Positions 1 through 9,246 of a DNA stretch of 64,000 bases are shown piece by piece. Under the pieces are notes generated by a model. That model saw only the letters and a list, made by a program, of their open reading frames with translations, did no database searches and was not told the origin of the DNA. The stretch is taken from the IMG/VR virus record IMGVR_UViG_3300021437_000010, positions 13,358 through 77,357 of that record; one strand, written 5' to 3'. Both the position numbers and the translations under genes were made by a program. Every line of letters begins with the position of its first letter. Position 1 is the stretch's first letter. This DNA is from a virus.

Positions 1-208
1 CTGAGAAAGATACACGCGCTTGCCTTGCGCCGCTAGTTGGCAAGCGTAGTACACGAGGTCGGGCCACTCCTCCTCGTGCTCATATTTTTGAATGAGCACT
101 CCCACATTTTGCAATTTATTCTCTCCACGAACGCAAAACGCAACCTGCAATGCGAGATCCACGACCTCGCTTATGAACTGCTCTGAAAACTGATATTGCA
201 TGTTACCT

Positions 209-433
209 CTATTCCAAGATATCAAACATGAACTCTTGAATCACTTGAGGATCGAGATCAATTTCTTTGATGAGAAAATGCTCCTTCCCTGATACATACA
301 CTAAATCGCGGATTTCTTCTAAAGAATTTCCTCCGAAAACTTTAACGGGAATTTTCATAAGATTATCACTTTCTCCATCAGTGATTACCTGACAAACAAG
401 AAATTTCTTCATCTCGCCTCCTGAAAGGGACAT
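209..433 (-). CDS. hypothetical protein
   Basis: 74-aa ORF in a co-oriented minus-strand string with an AGGAG-like site near the start; no recognisable motif. Confidence 0.45.
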   Translation of the reverse strand: MSLSGGEMKKFLVCQVITDGESDNLMKIPVKVFGGNSLEEIRDLVYVSGKEHFLIKEIDLDPQVIQEFMFDILE

Positions 434-451
434 TGCCGCCCCACTGCACTA

Positions 452-667
452 CTAATATGGCTCAAATCCCTGAGCCTCCAAATGCATCTTTACCTTCTGC
501 ATTGTCTCAATTGAGACGCCATCGGGGAAATTAACACATGGATACCTAAGAGCATCATCTACAGTCAGCCCTTCCACATCGGAAGGAAGGGCTGTTTGCA
601 CCTCTTCTACTGTCGTATCGTGGTATTTGCCGTCAACGCGACGCTCATTAACCTTGTAATATGCCAT
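452..667 (-). CDS. hypothetical protein (start trimmed to MAYYKV)
   Basis: 3' half of ORF 452..844; the ATG at 667 follows the stop of ORF 675..881. Confidence 0.45.
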   Translation of the reverse strand: MAYYKVNERRVDGKYHDTTVEEVQTALPSDVEGLTVDDALRYPCVNFPDGVSIETMQKVKMHLEAQGFEPY

Positions 668-674
668 GAAAAAC

Positions 675-881
675 CTACATATCCCACTTTGGAGATATTT
701 GCTTGATATCTCCATTCTTAACCACAAGACGAAACGCGTCACCATCATCATCGCGAAGCTGGACATATGAACCATCTGCAAGCTTTGCGTCAAGCATAAT
801 TTGCTTGATATCATCAGTCCAGACCTTGCGATCTGTATCGACAAGACCTCCGATATTGGGACTATAATTCATGATATACAT
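675..881 (-). CDS. hypothetical protein
   Basis: 68-aa ORF with AGAGGT upstream, packed in the operon. Confidence 0.45.
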   Translation of the reverse strand: MYIMNYSPNIGGLVDTDRKVWTDDIKQIMLDAKLADGSYVQLRDDDGDAFRLVVKNGDIKQISPKWDM

Positions 882-962
882 TTTGTACCTCTTTCTTCTG
901 TTACTACTCGAGCCACTTGACTCGTTCCTGTCATTCGCACTTGACAGGGACCAAACGAGAGA

Positions 963-1577
963 CTAAAAAGAATACAACTCATCTAGGGATACTGCAATCC
1001 TAGATGAGTCTAGGATATATCCATTTTCGACATAGCTTAGGGGATAGCACATATCCCCTAGAAGTGCCCAATCACGACCAGGGTGATTGGGGTGGTGCGT
1101 CGAAGCAAATTTTGGGGCTTCTATTTCCTCATTCCCTATATTCACTTTCCTCATCTCACATCTTGCGCGTATCAGCTCCCTTTCTTTTTCGCAAAGCTTG
1201 TGACGGAGAAGACTCTCCATTTCGCGCCGACTAACGAAAGGGGCATTATCCCCATTTTTGCGATATAGAGAGCCATACTCTACCGACTTAACATACTCTA
1301 CTTGCACTTTTTGCGAGAATATATAGAATGTCGTCTCAAACATCGTCAGATTAGTATACTGATAATTATTTGAGATTTTTGGCTTTTTGATAGAGAAATA
1401 CCGAATTTCTCCATCAATCTTACAAATACACTGATTTCTATCAAACTTCCTAATGTCTTCCAGGCACGCATCATACATACCCTTTTGTGAGTATTCTCCC
1501 ATCACCCCGAACGATTCCGCTCTCCCATCACCCAACACATCTCTTGCAATCCCTGATAGATGATCGTTGTATCCCAT
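963..1577 (-). CDS. hypothetical protein
   Basis: 204-aa ORF with AGGAGAG RBS upstream. Confidence 0.6.
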   Translation of the reverse strand: MGYNDHLSGIARDVLGDGRAESFGVMGEYSQKGMYDACLEDIRKFDRNQCICKIDGEIRYFSIKKPKISNNYQYTNLTMFETTFYIFSQKVQVEYVKSVEYGSLYRKNGDNAPFVSRREMESLLRHKLCEKERELIRARCEMRKVNIGNEEIEAPKFASTHHPNHPGRDWALLGDMCYPLSYVENGYILDSSRIAVSLDELYSF

Positions 1578-1852
1578 TGTTCTCTCCTTTCTATCAAGTC
1601 ACAATTGACTTGCGCCTGCCGACTACTCGCGCAATCGGCAGAGACTAATCAACTCTATTGCATATTCTCTCGCTTGAAGAACTTCAACTTACTTGCTCCC
1701 CTCGTATCAGGAATGACACACATGATCGGAACCAAAGATGGATCTCCCAATCTCCTTTTGAGATCTTCGTCCTTTTCTTTGCATCCATCGCATTCATACT
1801 CAGGATGAAAGACTTGTCTGCCGCAGTGTATACAATAATCCATGATATTCTC

Positions 1853-2197
1853 CTATTGCACTTTCCACAAACTAAACTTAATTGCTGCATTCTCGACCGT
1901 CTCCTGAGAATGCACTTCTCCCTCCGCAAGACGCGGCAATTGTGCTTGCAGAACGATCAACTGATCACCGCTCTGGAGAGAGACTTTCGGTGCTTTCTCT
2001 GGAATTGGGAGATCAATATCAAACTTTCGTTTGATTACACCGATCGTACTGGTATGAGAGGGATTGAGGATGCTTACGATATCCTCCGATGCGCGTACAA
2101 ACCCTCTGACAAAGCCCGCACTGACTGACTTTTTTGTCAGAGAGCAATCATCAGGGAACATCATGTCTGATATGGCCAAAGTAATGTATGTTATCAT
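1853..2197 (-). CDS. AcrIII-1 / DUF1874 (STIV B116-like) ring nuclease homolog
   Basis: 114 aa from MITYITLAISDMMF; N-terminal Y..AxS..M, SHTST (cf. GHDST), V.L..GD.L.V.Q and RLAEG (cf. RLEEG) align with the recalled SIRV1 gp29 sequence; GAAAGG RBS. Confidence 0.7.
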   Translation of the reverse strand: MITYITLAISDMMFPDDCSLTKKSVSAGFVRGFVRASEDIVSILNPSHTSTIGVIKRKFDIDLPIPEKAPKVSLQSGDQLIVLQAQLPRLAEGEVHSQETVENAAIKFSLWKVQ

Positions 2198-2226
2198 ATT
2201 AACTGCCTTTCTGCCTCTAGGAGGCA

Positions 2227-2763
2227 CTAAATGTGACACTCACAATCGCATCTGCCGCCCGTATTGGGCATGTCTTGTAAACAGTGCCCACACCCTGTCC
2301 ACAACTTCACGTCGTATCCCTTATCTCTAAGGAGATCTGCTGTCAGATCTCCCGCGACGCCAGACACCAAACCTATCTGACGATTCCCGATCTGCTTTAT
2401 CCCTCCTAAGTCTCCGCGAATTGGATCATCCATCAGCTCGTGGATACGTTGAGACAAATCTCCCCTTTTGTCTTCAGAGACGTTCGTGATATCTAGCGCA
2501 TATACGCTGCTCATTTTTGTTGCCTTTCTCTTTTGCCTGTTTTGCTGGTACCGTGCGTACCAAGCATCGAAATCTTCTTGCTCTACAATGTACACGGGCG
2601 TCATGGGAACCTTTTGAGCTTTAAGCCCCCATGGTTTGCCCTTCAAATAGTCTCGTATGGCGTTGTTGAGCACTGTGTGTTTTATCTTGTGCTCAACTGC
2701 GTAATACGAGACTGGGTGCTCGTTCAATTTTCGTCTCGCCACCATGGGCGAGACACCAACCAA
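2227..2763 (-). CDS. hypothetical protein, possible N-terminal DNA-binding domain
   Basis: 178-aa ORF directly upstream of the AcrIII-1-like gene. Confidence 0.5.
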   Translation of the reverse strand: MVGVSPMVARRKLNEHPVSYYAVEHKIKHTVLNNAIRDYLKGKPWGLKAQKVPMTPVYIVEQEDFDAWYARYQQNRQKRKATKMSSVYALDITNVSEDKRGDLSQRIHELMDDPIRGDLGGIKQIGNRQIGLVSGVAGDLTADLLRDKGYDVKLWTGCGHCLQDMPNTGGRCDCECHI

Positions 2764-2920
2764 TTGACCGCTTGTCGCTCCGAGAAGGGAAGTTCATATT
2801 CCCTTTCGAAATATGCACTGAGATTCCTTGGCGTGATGAAAATGTCCAATTCAGACATCTCATCCGTGGCACACTCTAATTGAGCATCAATCCAATTTCT
2901 GCGCTTTTGCTCTTCCGTAA

Positions 2921-3310
2921 TCACATCATCACCTCCTGAAATGATTTCCCCCGCAGAAAACGCTCTTTCAATTCTACGGCAACGCGTTCCAAGACTTCTG
3001 CATCCGTCAGATGTCTGCGGATGCGTTCCTTCGCACGTGCATCCTGACGGATTTGCAATCCAAGTTTCGCCGCCCACTCAAACTCACGCTTTTTCTCTTC
3101 AACGGACATTTCTTGATTGGACATCTGATTACCTTTCTTTTCATCAACAATTTTTAGTGCGCCACGCACCAGCTTGACTTTCTTGCCTTCCGGCAATTGA
3201 AGAGCTGCCAACTCAGGAGACAGCTCTTTCTTGGCACGGTGCCTTCTATTACGAGAAGAAGGATAGGTGCTCACTTCCTCAGTAACTCTCCGTTGGAATG
3301 TTGCGTTCAT
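2921..3310 (-). CDS. hypothetical basic protein
   Basis: 129-aa ORF with GGAGGAG RBS upstream. Confidence 0.45.
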   Translation of the reverse strand: MNATFQRRVTEEVSTYPSSRNRRHRAKKELSPELAALQLPEGKKVKLVRGALKIVDEKKGNQMSNQEMSVEEKKREFEWAAKLGLQIRQDARAKERIRRHLTDAEVLERVAVELKERFLRGKSFQEVMM

Positions 3311-3507
3311 CTTTCTCCTCCTCCAGTTTCTCGTAAGTCGAACTTCAACTTACACTCATAGTATAGCTCCAACGGTTGGAGTTAGTCAATAGACAAAAGG
3401 AGTATTTGAGGCGATTTTTCGAAGCTTGTAAAACCTGTGCTGTACGTAATGCCGCCAAGCATGCACTCGACGGCAGGTTGCAGGTATATGCATGTATGCG
3501 TACGTCG

Positions 3508-4008
3508 CTACATACGTTTAAACACCTGGGCCAGTATGCTCTCGTCTCCATTTTTCTCGTAGTCCTCGTAAAAGGCAATAAGGGCCATACGAGCGATGTC
3601 ATTCTTGCTTATCCGCCCCGGCTTTCTGGCTTCAAGATCTTTGAAAATAGCATCTAGCTTTTCCAGTTCATTCGCCTTATAGCGAAACGAGCCGTTAGAT
3701 AGATGCTTCTTCTGCTGAATTTGATCGTATAACACTTCGATAATAACTCCTTTCCCTATGTACGCTTCCTCAAAAGCTTCCTGACGTGTTTGTTTACGTT
3801 CTAGCTGGCCTGTAGACACGCCTTCGAGTTTGCTTTCCTGCTCACTCCCATTCATGCGTGCATGCATGCGTGCATCCTTGCTCTCTTGCACACTTTCTTG
3901 CTCAGATGGATGGCTCAGGACAACCTCGAAAGGGTTCTGGACTTCCACTTTCTGCCCAGTTTTGAACCTCTCACCAAATGCTTTGCTCAGATCAGGTTTC
4001 TTGGACAT
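3508..4008 (-). CDS. ParA partner protein (putative centromere-binding, ParG/ParB-like role)
   Basis: Overlaps the parA stop; N-terminal KKPDLSKAF, disordered middle and C-terminal RHH-like segment (ISKNDIARMALIAFYED). Confidence 0.6.
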   Translation of the reverse strand: MSKKPDLSKAFGERFKTGQKVEVQNPFEVVLSHPSEQESVQESKDARMHARMNGSEQESKLEGVSTGQLERKQTRQEAFEEAYIGKGVIIEVLYDQIQQKKHLSNGSFRYKANELEKLDAIFKDLEARKPGRISKNDIARMALIAFYEDYEKNGDESILAQVFKRM

Positions 4009-4828
4009 GAAGTACCTCCGCCATTTTCAGATAATCGAGTACTGCTGCATTCTTCGGATCATAAGCAATGCCAGGAACGCCATAAGCAGGAGCCTCTCCT
4101 ATTCGCACGCTGTCATGAATAAAGAGCAGACGAGACTCTCCATTTTGCTGATAGCGAATAAACAAGCGGTCATACTCTTTTACAGCTTCTCCCAGGATTA
4201 CTTTGGAGAGGTTGGTATTCTCGCGCACCCGCGTTGGCAGAATACCAACTAGCTTCAACCCAGGATTGAGCCCTTTCTTGACGTTGTTAATATCATCCTC
4301 AGTATCCTTGAGAGCGTCCAGAGCAAAGACACCCGCTTCCATCGGTATGATAACGTGAGTAGCCGGAACAAGTGCGCTAATCGTGAGCATGCTTCGAGTG
4401 GGACGCGTGTCGATGATAATATCATCACAATCTTCAGACAAAGCATCGATGATCGGTTTGAAGAGACCCACTTGGGTAGCTTTCATGCTCAGATCGGTAT
4501 CGTCCAAATCTCTCTTTGCTGGTATCACATCAAATTGATACTGCTTGCCATTCACAGTGAACGATACAGGATGAATGACAGCATGAGGATCAATACCAAT
4601 TGTTGTAAATAGAGTGTTGACTGTGGAGGTGAGAGACTGAGGATTAATACCAACATGAGTAGTGGCATTCCCCTGTGGGTCCAGATCAATCAAACGGACT
4701 CTGCGATCAAAGCGATAGGCAAGCGATGCCGCGAAATTTACTGCTGATGTCGTTTTTGCGCTGCCACCTTTCCTTATCGCGAACAGCCATACTCTTGCTC
4801 TTTTTATGTTCTTTCTGCTTCTTGCCAT
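3992..4828 (-). CDS. parA: ParA family partition ATPase
   Basis: Deviant Walker A KGGSAKTT, IDLDPQGNAT and IIIDTRP; start set to the ATG at 4828 after an AAAGGAG RBS. Confidence 0.9.
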   Translation of the reverse strand: MARSRKNIKRARVWLFAIRKGGSAKTTSAVNFAASLAYRFDRRVRLIDLDPQGNATTHVGINPQSLTSTVNTLFTTIGIDPHAVIHPVSFTVNGKQYQFDVIPAKRDLDDTDLSMKATQVGLFKPIIDALSEDCDDIIIDTRPTRSMLTISALVPATHVIIPMEAGVFALDALKDTEDDINNVKKGLNPGLKLVGILPTRVRENTNLSKVILGEAVKEYDRLFIRYQQNGESRLLFIHDSVRIGEAPAYGVPGIAYDPKNAAVLDYLKMAEVLHVQET

Positions 4829-5015
4829 AATAACTCCTTTCAGTGCATGCATGCGTGCATGTACGTACTTAGCAATCATGGCATTACCTTCCTAGTGTGT
4901 CAACGGACAAGAGTTCCAAGCCGCTTAGCTCGCATTTGCTAGACCGAAAAGCCTAGCAAAAACCAACCAGTGACTACTTCCAATCGAGTCTGAATTGCTC
5001 GCTCGTATTCTGTTT

Positions 5016-5309
5016 CTAATCGCCATAAACATCTAAGTCATCTTCTGTAAGATTACTGGTAATGAATGCAGGCTGCTCAGGTACCTTTGCCTCAGGGGTA
5101 GAAACATCAGAGGCATTAACATGAGGAGGTAGTTTATCACCTCTCAATATGAGCCTTACGTAGTCAGCAGCATAGCTCACAATTAAATGGCTTTTAGGCT
5201 GGCTCTTCTCTCTGACATCTGTCTCTAATTGCTTCATCAGGTTGCTATCCTTGCGAATGGCAACCGTGATGTATTCCCTGTCGTTTGTGTTTCTTGGCAT
5301 AATAATCAC
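5016..5309 (-). CDS. ParR-like adaptor (ribbon-helix-helix)
   Basis: Small gene 1 nt downstream of parM; RHH-like YITVAIRKDSNLMKQL and acidic C-terminal tail. Confidence 0.6.
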   Translation of the reverse strand: MIIMPRNTNDREYITVAIRKDSNLMKQLETDVREKSQPKSHLIVSYAADYVRLILRGDKLPPHVNASDVSTPEAKVPEQPAFITSNLTEDDLDVYGD

Positions 5310-5310
5310 C

Positions 5311-6411
5311 TTATGCCGCCGCTAATCGTGTTTCACGGCTCAAAAAGTGTGAGGCCAACTTTGCATATCCCGCCGCATTTGCACATTCCGGTTGCACTGG
5401 AATGCTGAGCAGACGCGGGAACATTGCGCGTATCTCAGGTTCAAAGTAATATGCGCCTCCTCCAATGAGTAGTATCCTATCAACATCACCTGCGATCGTA
5501 TCATTCCCCAGTGACTCACCCCAGTGCTGGTTAATGAAAGACACAATACTTTCCCCAACACTTCGTAATGAACGATCAAACATATCACCAACTTCACGAG
5601 CACTAACACCTTTGTTGCGTACTGCGATGATCTTAGTATAATCCTTCCCACTCGTGTAAAGTGTTTGCAGCTTCTCGATATCACTTGCTTTAAAAGTATA
5701 GCGGTGAAGCGCCTGAAAGGCCTTTGTAAAATCTTCTAGTGCGGAAAGCACTCCTTTATCATGTGATTGGCATAAGCTGGAAATAGGGCGCTGTCCAATC
5801 GTCATATAGATGTCAGTGGTACGTCCCCCAATATCGATAATGCCAATTTTTGTGTTTCCAGAGGCCCCATGCGCAATATTAGCACCAGAGCCTTCCATTA
5901 GAACTTTCTTAACGGTAACATGAGCAGTTCTAAATTCACCATCTAGCTCAAAAGTGTGGGTACCTTCTAGGGTGCTTTTAACGCTAGATATGTTCTGCTC
6001 ATCCTTGTATGTTTCAATTGGCAGTCCTGTTACCACGCACAAGCCATACTCCTTATCCTGTATTAATGTGCCTGATACTGACAAAAGAAATGCAAGATTA
6101 CGATCAGACCAGTAACGCCTGGTGGCACCCTTCTCTGTTAAGTTGCCCATTGACAATCCTTGAGACTGCTCTATAGCTAGATTGCCTATAAAGTACTCCT
6201 TGCCGTTAAGTTTAAGCATGTGGGAATAATCATCAATTGTGCCGCTTTGCCTTAAATCTCCAATAGCAGCATGCGCCAAATCTCTGTGAGATCCTGTAAG
6301 CAGCGCGCTTGTGACCGTTAAGTTGCGAACTATCCCGTTTACATAGGTAATGCCGCAAGTTTTAGCATTCCCAAAGTCATGCCCATAGGCATACGTTGTG
6401 TAATTTGTCAT
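5311..6411 (-). CDS. parM: ParM/StbA family actin-like segregation ATPase
   Basis: Actin-fold motifs GHDFGNAKT, VLMEGSGA, IIDIGGRTTD and LLIGGGA. Confidence 0.9.
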   Translation of the reverse strand: MTNYTTYAYGHDFGNAKTCGITYVNGIVRNLTVTSALLTGSHRDLAHAAIGDLRQSGTIDDYSHMLKLNGKEYFIGNLAIEQSQGLSMGNLTEKGATRRYWSDRNLAFLLSVSGTLIQDKEYGLCVVTGLPIETYKDEQNISSVKSTLEGTHTFELDGEFRTAHVTVKKVLMEGSGANIAHGASGNTKIGIIDIGGRTTDIYMTIGQRPISSLCQSHDKGVLSALEDFTKAFQALHRYTFKASDIEKLQTLYTSGKDYTKIIAVRNKGVSAREVGDMFDRSLRSVGESIVSFINQHWGESLGNDTIAGDVDRILLIGGGAYYFEPEIRAMFPRLLSIPVQPECANAAGYAKLASHFLSRETRLAAA

Positions 6412-6819
6412 TTTGAAATTGTCCTTTCTGTATGGTACAAATATCCTCTGTACCCGTACGTACTATAGCATTGAAGATCCTTGCCTGTCAATGATAAAAC
6501 ATGCAATACAAGCAATCTTATGAAGGCGTGAAGGGATTGGCTAGAAATTTACCGTACTGTACAAATTTCTTCCTCACCTTATTTTCTTCTCCTCTCCTTC
6601 ACTCAGAATGGCCTAGAATGAAGCCTGCAACCATTGCAAAGGGTCTTCATGCCTTGCTTTGGGTGAATTCACTCACCTCATTTTCTCCTCTTGGCTCGTC
6701 GTCTTCGCTTGAATAAGTTCAATCCCGCATACCAGAGGGTGCCTAGTAGCATGAGCAACATTCCTTTCTAATAAGCGACTGAGTGAGAGACTCCGAGAGA
6801 TTCTCCGATGGTTAGTTAG

Positions 6820-8196
6820 TTAGTTGGAGAGAGAGCCTTCCTCAGCTCTTGAGGCTATCTCTCCAACCATCCGACTGACATTCTTGCTAATCGCTTCCGT
6901 ACATCCAAGAGCGGCTTGGATTATTGATTGACTGATGGGTTTACCTGCTCTTGCCGCTGCTACCAGAAAATCTATATTCGCTTTGGTAGTGTAGATTGGA
7001 GTCTTACCAGGACCGTTGTCTTTCCCGATCTCGACCATTTCTTCCTCTGGCAGCCGTCTGGTTTCCTTCGAGTCTGCCCCTGCATATTCCAGATCAGGCA
7101 ACTCGACCTCTGGTAGGACTCGAGTCTCTTTGTTCGACCCGAAAGGAACTATGCCAGATGCTATCCGGCGTTTTTCTTCATTGGAGATTTGCCGTATGCA
7201 GACAACAGCAGGATCTTCCTTGCCTTCCATAACCACCAACGCCTCACCAACATCAAGCTTTGCTATGATTTCTTTCTCCTTTGGAGCGATTATAGAAGCC
7301 TGATATTCTTTCATGCCATGGATGATCTTGGTTGCGAACGTCTCTCTGATGGAGGTTCCACCGGACTTGTCAGCATTAGCTATTTGTCCAACTGCAAAGG
7401 TAAATACATTCAGGGAGCGACCAACAACATTGATACGCTGTACAACCTCAGCTACTTTGCAGGCTGCCTCATTGTACTTACTGCTCTTGCTTCCTGCACT
7501 CATCATCAGGTCTGTGAACTCATCCACCACTAAATAGTAGGGATACAGGTCAGTCTCCTCTTTGTTGATGCGTTTCTCAAGGAGTTCGTCCGCGTATTCG
7601 GCAGCTTCGAGAATACCCTCAGGTTTCCATGCAGGAGCCTGTGTAAATGCGGCTTCGAATGGGCTAAGCAAGCCTGCAAGGCTATCGTCAAGCCTTGCTT
7701 TGATATCAATGATGGTAAGTCGAGCGCCTCTCTCGACTATGAGAGAGGCGATTGTGCTCACTGTGGTAGTCTTTCCCATACCAGGCAACCCAAGTATCAA
7801 GATACCCTTGAACTGGTACATGGTACGTTCAAAGTCCCTACGTCGTTTGTCGATTCCAATGTTGATGGTATTGGTAGGACTGCTTACTTCAGAATTCCCT
7901 CTGACCTCTTCGGTATTTTGTCTTGCCAGTCCCGAAGTTATACCAAATGTCCTCTGAGCAAGAGCCGATGGTGGATTCACTAGCATTTTCTCAGCTACAA
8001 ATTTTCCACCGTCTGCTATTAATTTCCCGTTCAGTCCACCTACCACCGCAATAGCAGCGGCCCACACAAGCCCCGCTGTACCCATGTGGGCTAAACCTTC
8101 AAAGACGGCTAAGCCACCCGCCGCGCCCATGACCCCGCCGTATCCTACCTCATTAAGACCTAAATCAAGCTTCGATTTTAAGCGTTTCCTAGTCAT
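6820..8196 (-). CDS. FtsK/HerA-like P-loop ATPase with N-terminal transmembrane helices
   Basis: Walker A GLPGMGKT, Walker B YLVVDEF, GRSLNV..VGQ; hydrophobic N-terminus. Confidence 0.75.
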   Translation of the reverse strand: MTRKRLKSKLDLGLNEVGYGGVMGAAGGLAVFEGLAHMGTAGLVWAAAIAVVGGLNGKLIADGGKFVAEKMLVNPPSALAQRTFGITSGLARQNTEEVRGNSEVSSPTNTINIGIDKRRRDFERTMYQFKGILILGLPGMGKTTTVSTIASLIVERGARLTIIDIKARLDDSLAGLLSPFEAAFTQAPAWKPEGILEAAEYADELLEKRINKEETDLYPYYLVVDEFTDLMMSAGSKSSKYNEAACKVAEVVQRINVVGRSLNVFTFAVGQIANADKSGGTSIRETFATKIIHGMKEYQASIIAPKEKEIIAKLDVGEALVVMEGKEDPAVVCIRQISNEEKRRIASGIVPFGSNKETRVLPEVELPDLEYAGADSKETRRLPEEEMVEIGKDNGPGKTPIYTTKANIDFLVAAARAGKPISQSIIQAALGCTEAISKNVSRMVGEIASRAEEGSLSN

Positions 8197-8266
8197 GATG
8201 TTTTACTTCTCTCCTTCTAGCCTCTGAAATCTTACGTTTTGTCTCTTCAGAGCGTTTATGCCCTAA

Positions 8267-8788
8267 TCAATCACACTCCTCAAAAAGAGCCCCAACAATA
8301 GTATGGATACTCCAACGTCCGACAAAGAGTATAATGAATGTAATACCCAGTGAAGCCATCCATTGGTACACAGGTTCGAAAGCCTTTAGGTAGAGAAAAT
8401 TGGCGTACCAATCTAAAACTAATAAGATAACCATGCCCGAAACGAACATGCCATTTAACCCTTTACCTTTGGAGTTGAGATGTGCTGAGAAACTTTCATG
8501 ACCTGACGTCGAAATGACGTACAAAAGGAAAATGAAAATTGAGAACGCCGTTGCTATTGACTCTCGAAGATCGTAGCCTCCTTGGATAAGTGTCATGAAT
8601 AGATTGTACGTAGTCGTCCAGGTCACCATAACTCCTGCACCGTCGCCTCTTAGCATCAGTGACTTGGTTGTGACTATGGAGTAGGACGATATCCATAGCC
8701 AGATGAAAAGCCCCAATATACCGAATACAAGGCTCCATAGATCAATGTCGCGTAGTCTTGTGATCACTGTTTGATAGTGATTGCTCAT
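8267..8788 (-). CDS. multi-pass membrane protein
   Basis: About four hydrophobic segments; directly upstream of the ATPase. Confidence 0.65.
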   Translation of the reverse strand: MSNHYQTVITRLRDIDLWSLVFGILGLFIWLWISSYSIVTTKSLMLRGDGAGVMVTWTTTYNLFMTLIQGGYDLRESIATAFSIFIFLLYVISTSGHESFSAHLNSKGKGLNGMFVSGMVILLVLDWYANFLYLKAFEPVYQWMASLGITFIILFVGRWSIHTIVGALFEECD

Positions 8789-8960
8789 GATTAACTCCAG
8801 TACTCTGCTTGAACCGCAATAACTGTTTCGACGGTAATTTTCTCACCATACTGAGTGATGTACAAGGCTATGCCTTCTGGAGTAATACACCACTGGTTTT
8901 TGATGAAGACTTTGATGACTCCAATGATCGGATCTTTCTCTCTCTGTGTTATCATTTTGT

Positions 8961-9164
8961 CTACTTGCTCCTCTTTTTCGAATAATATGTCTCTCTTGCT
9001 TGAGCGACCATATCTAATGCTTCCTGTTTTTCCTCTGGAGATAGTGCGCGTCCGCTACTTTGAATTGCGGTATCTATGGCGTCTTCAGAAGACACGGCAG
9101 AATAAGCGTGATGCTGCTTAATATACTGATAAGCAGCATCAACGATATTATTAAAACTTTTCAT
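8961..9164 (-). CDS. hypothetical protein
   Basis: 67-aa ORF with AAGGAGAG RBS. Confidence 0.5.
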   Translation of the reverse strand: MKSFNNIVDAAYQYIKQHHAYSAVSSEDAIDTAIQSSGRALSPEEKQEALDMVAQARETYYSKKRSK

Positions 9165-9246
9165 CGTCTCTCCTTATTGTCTTTGTCTCTTAAAGACTCT
9201 CTCGTAATAACCGTTTGGTATCTTGTTTGTGACATATGGTACCTCC

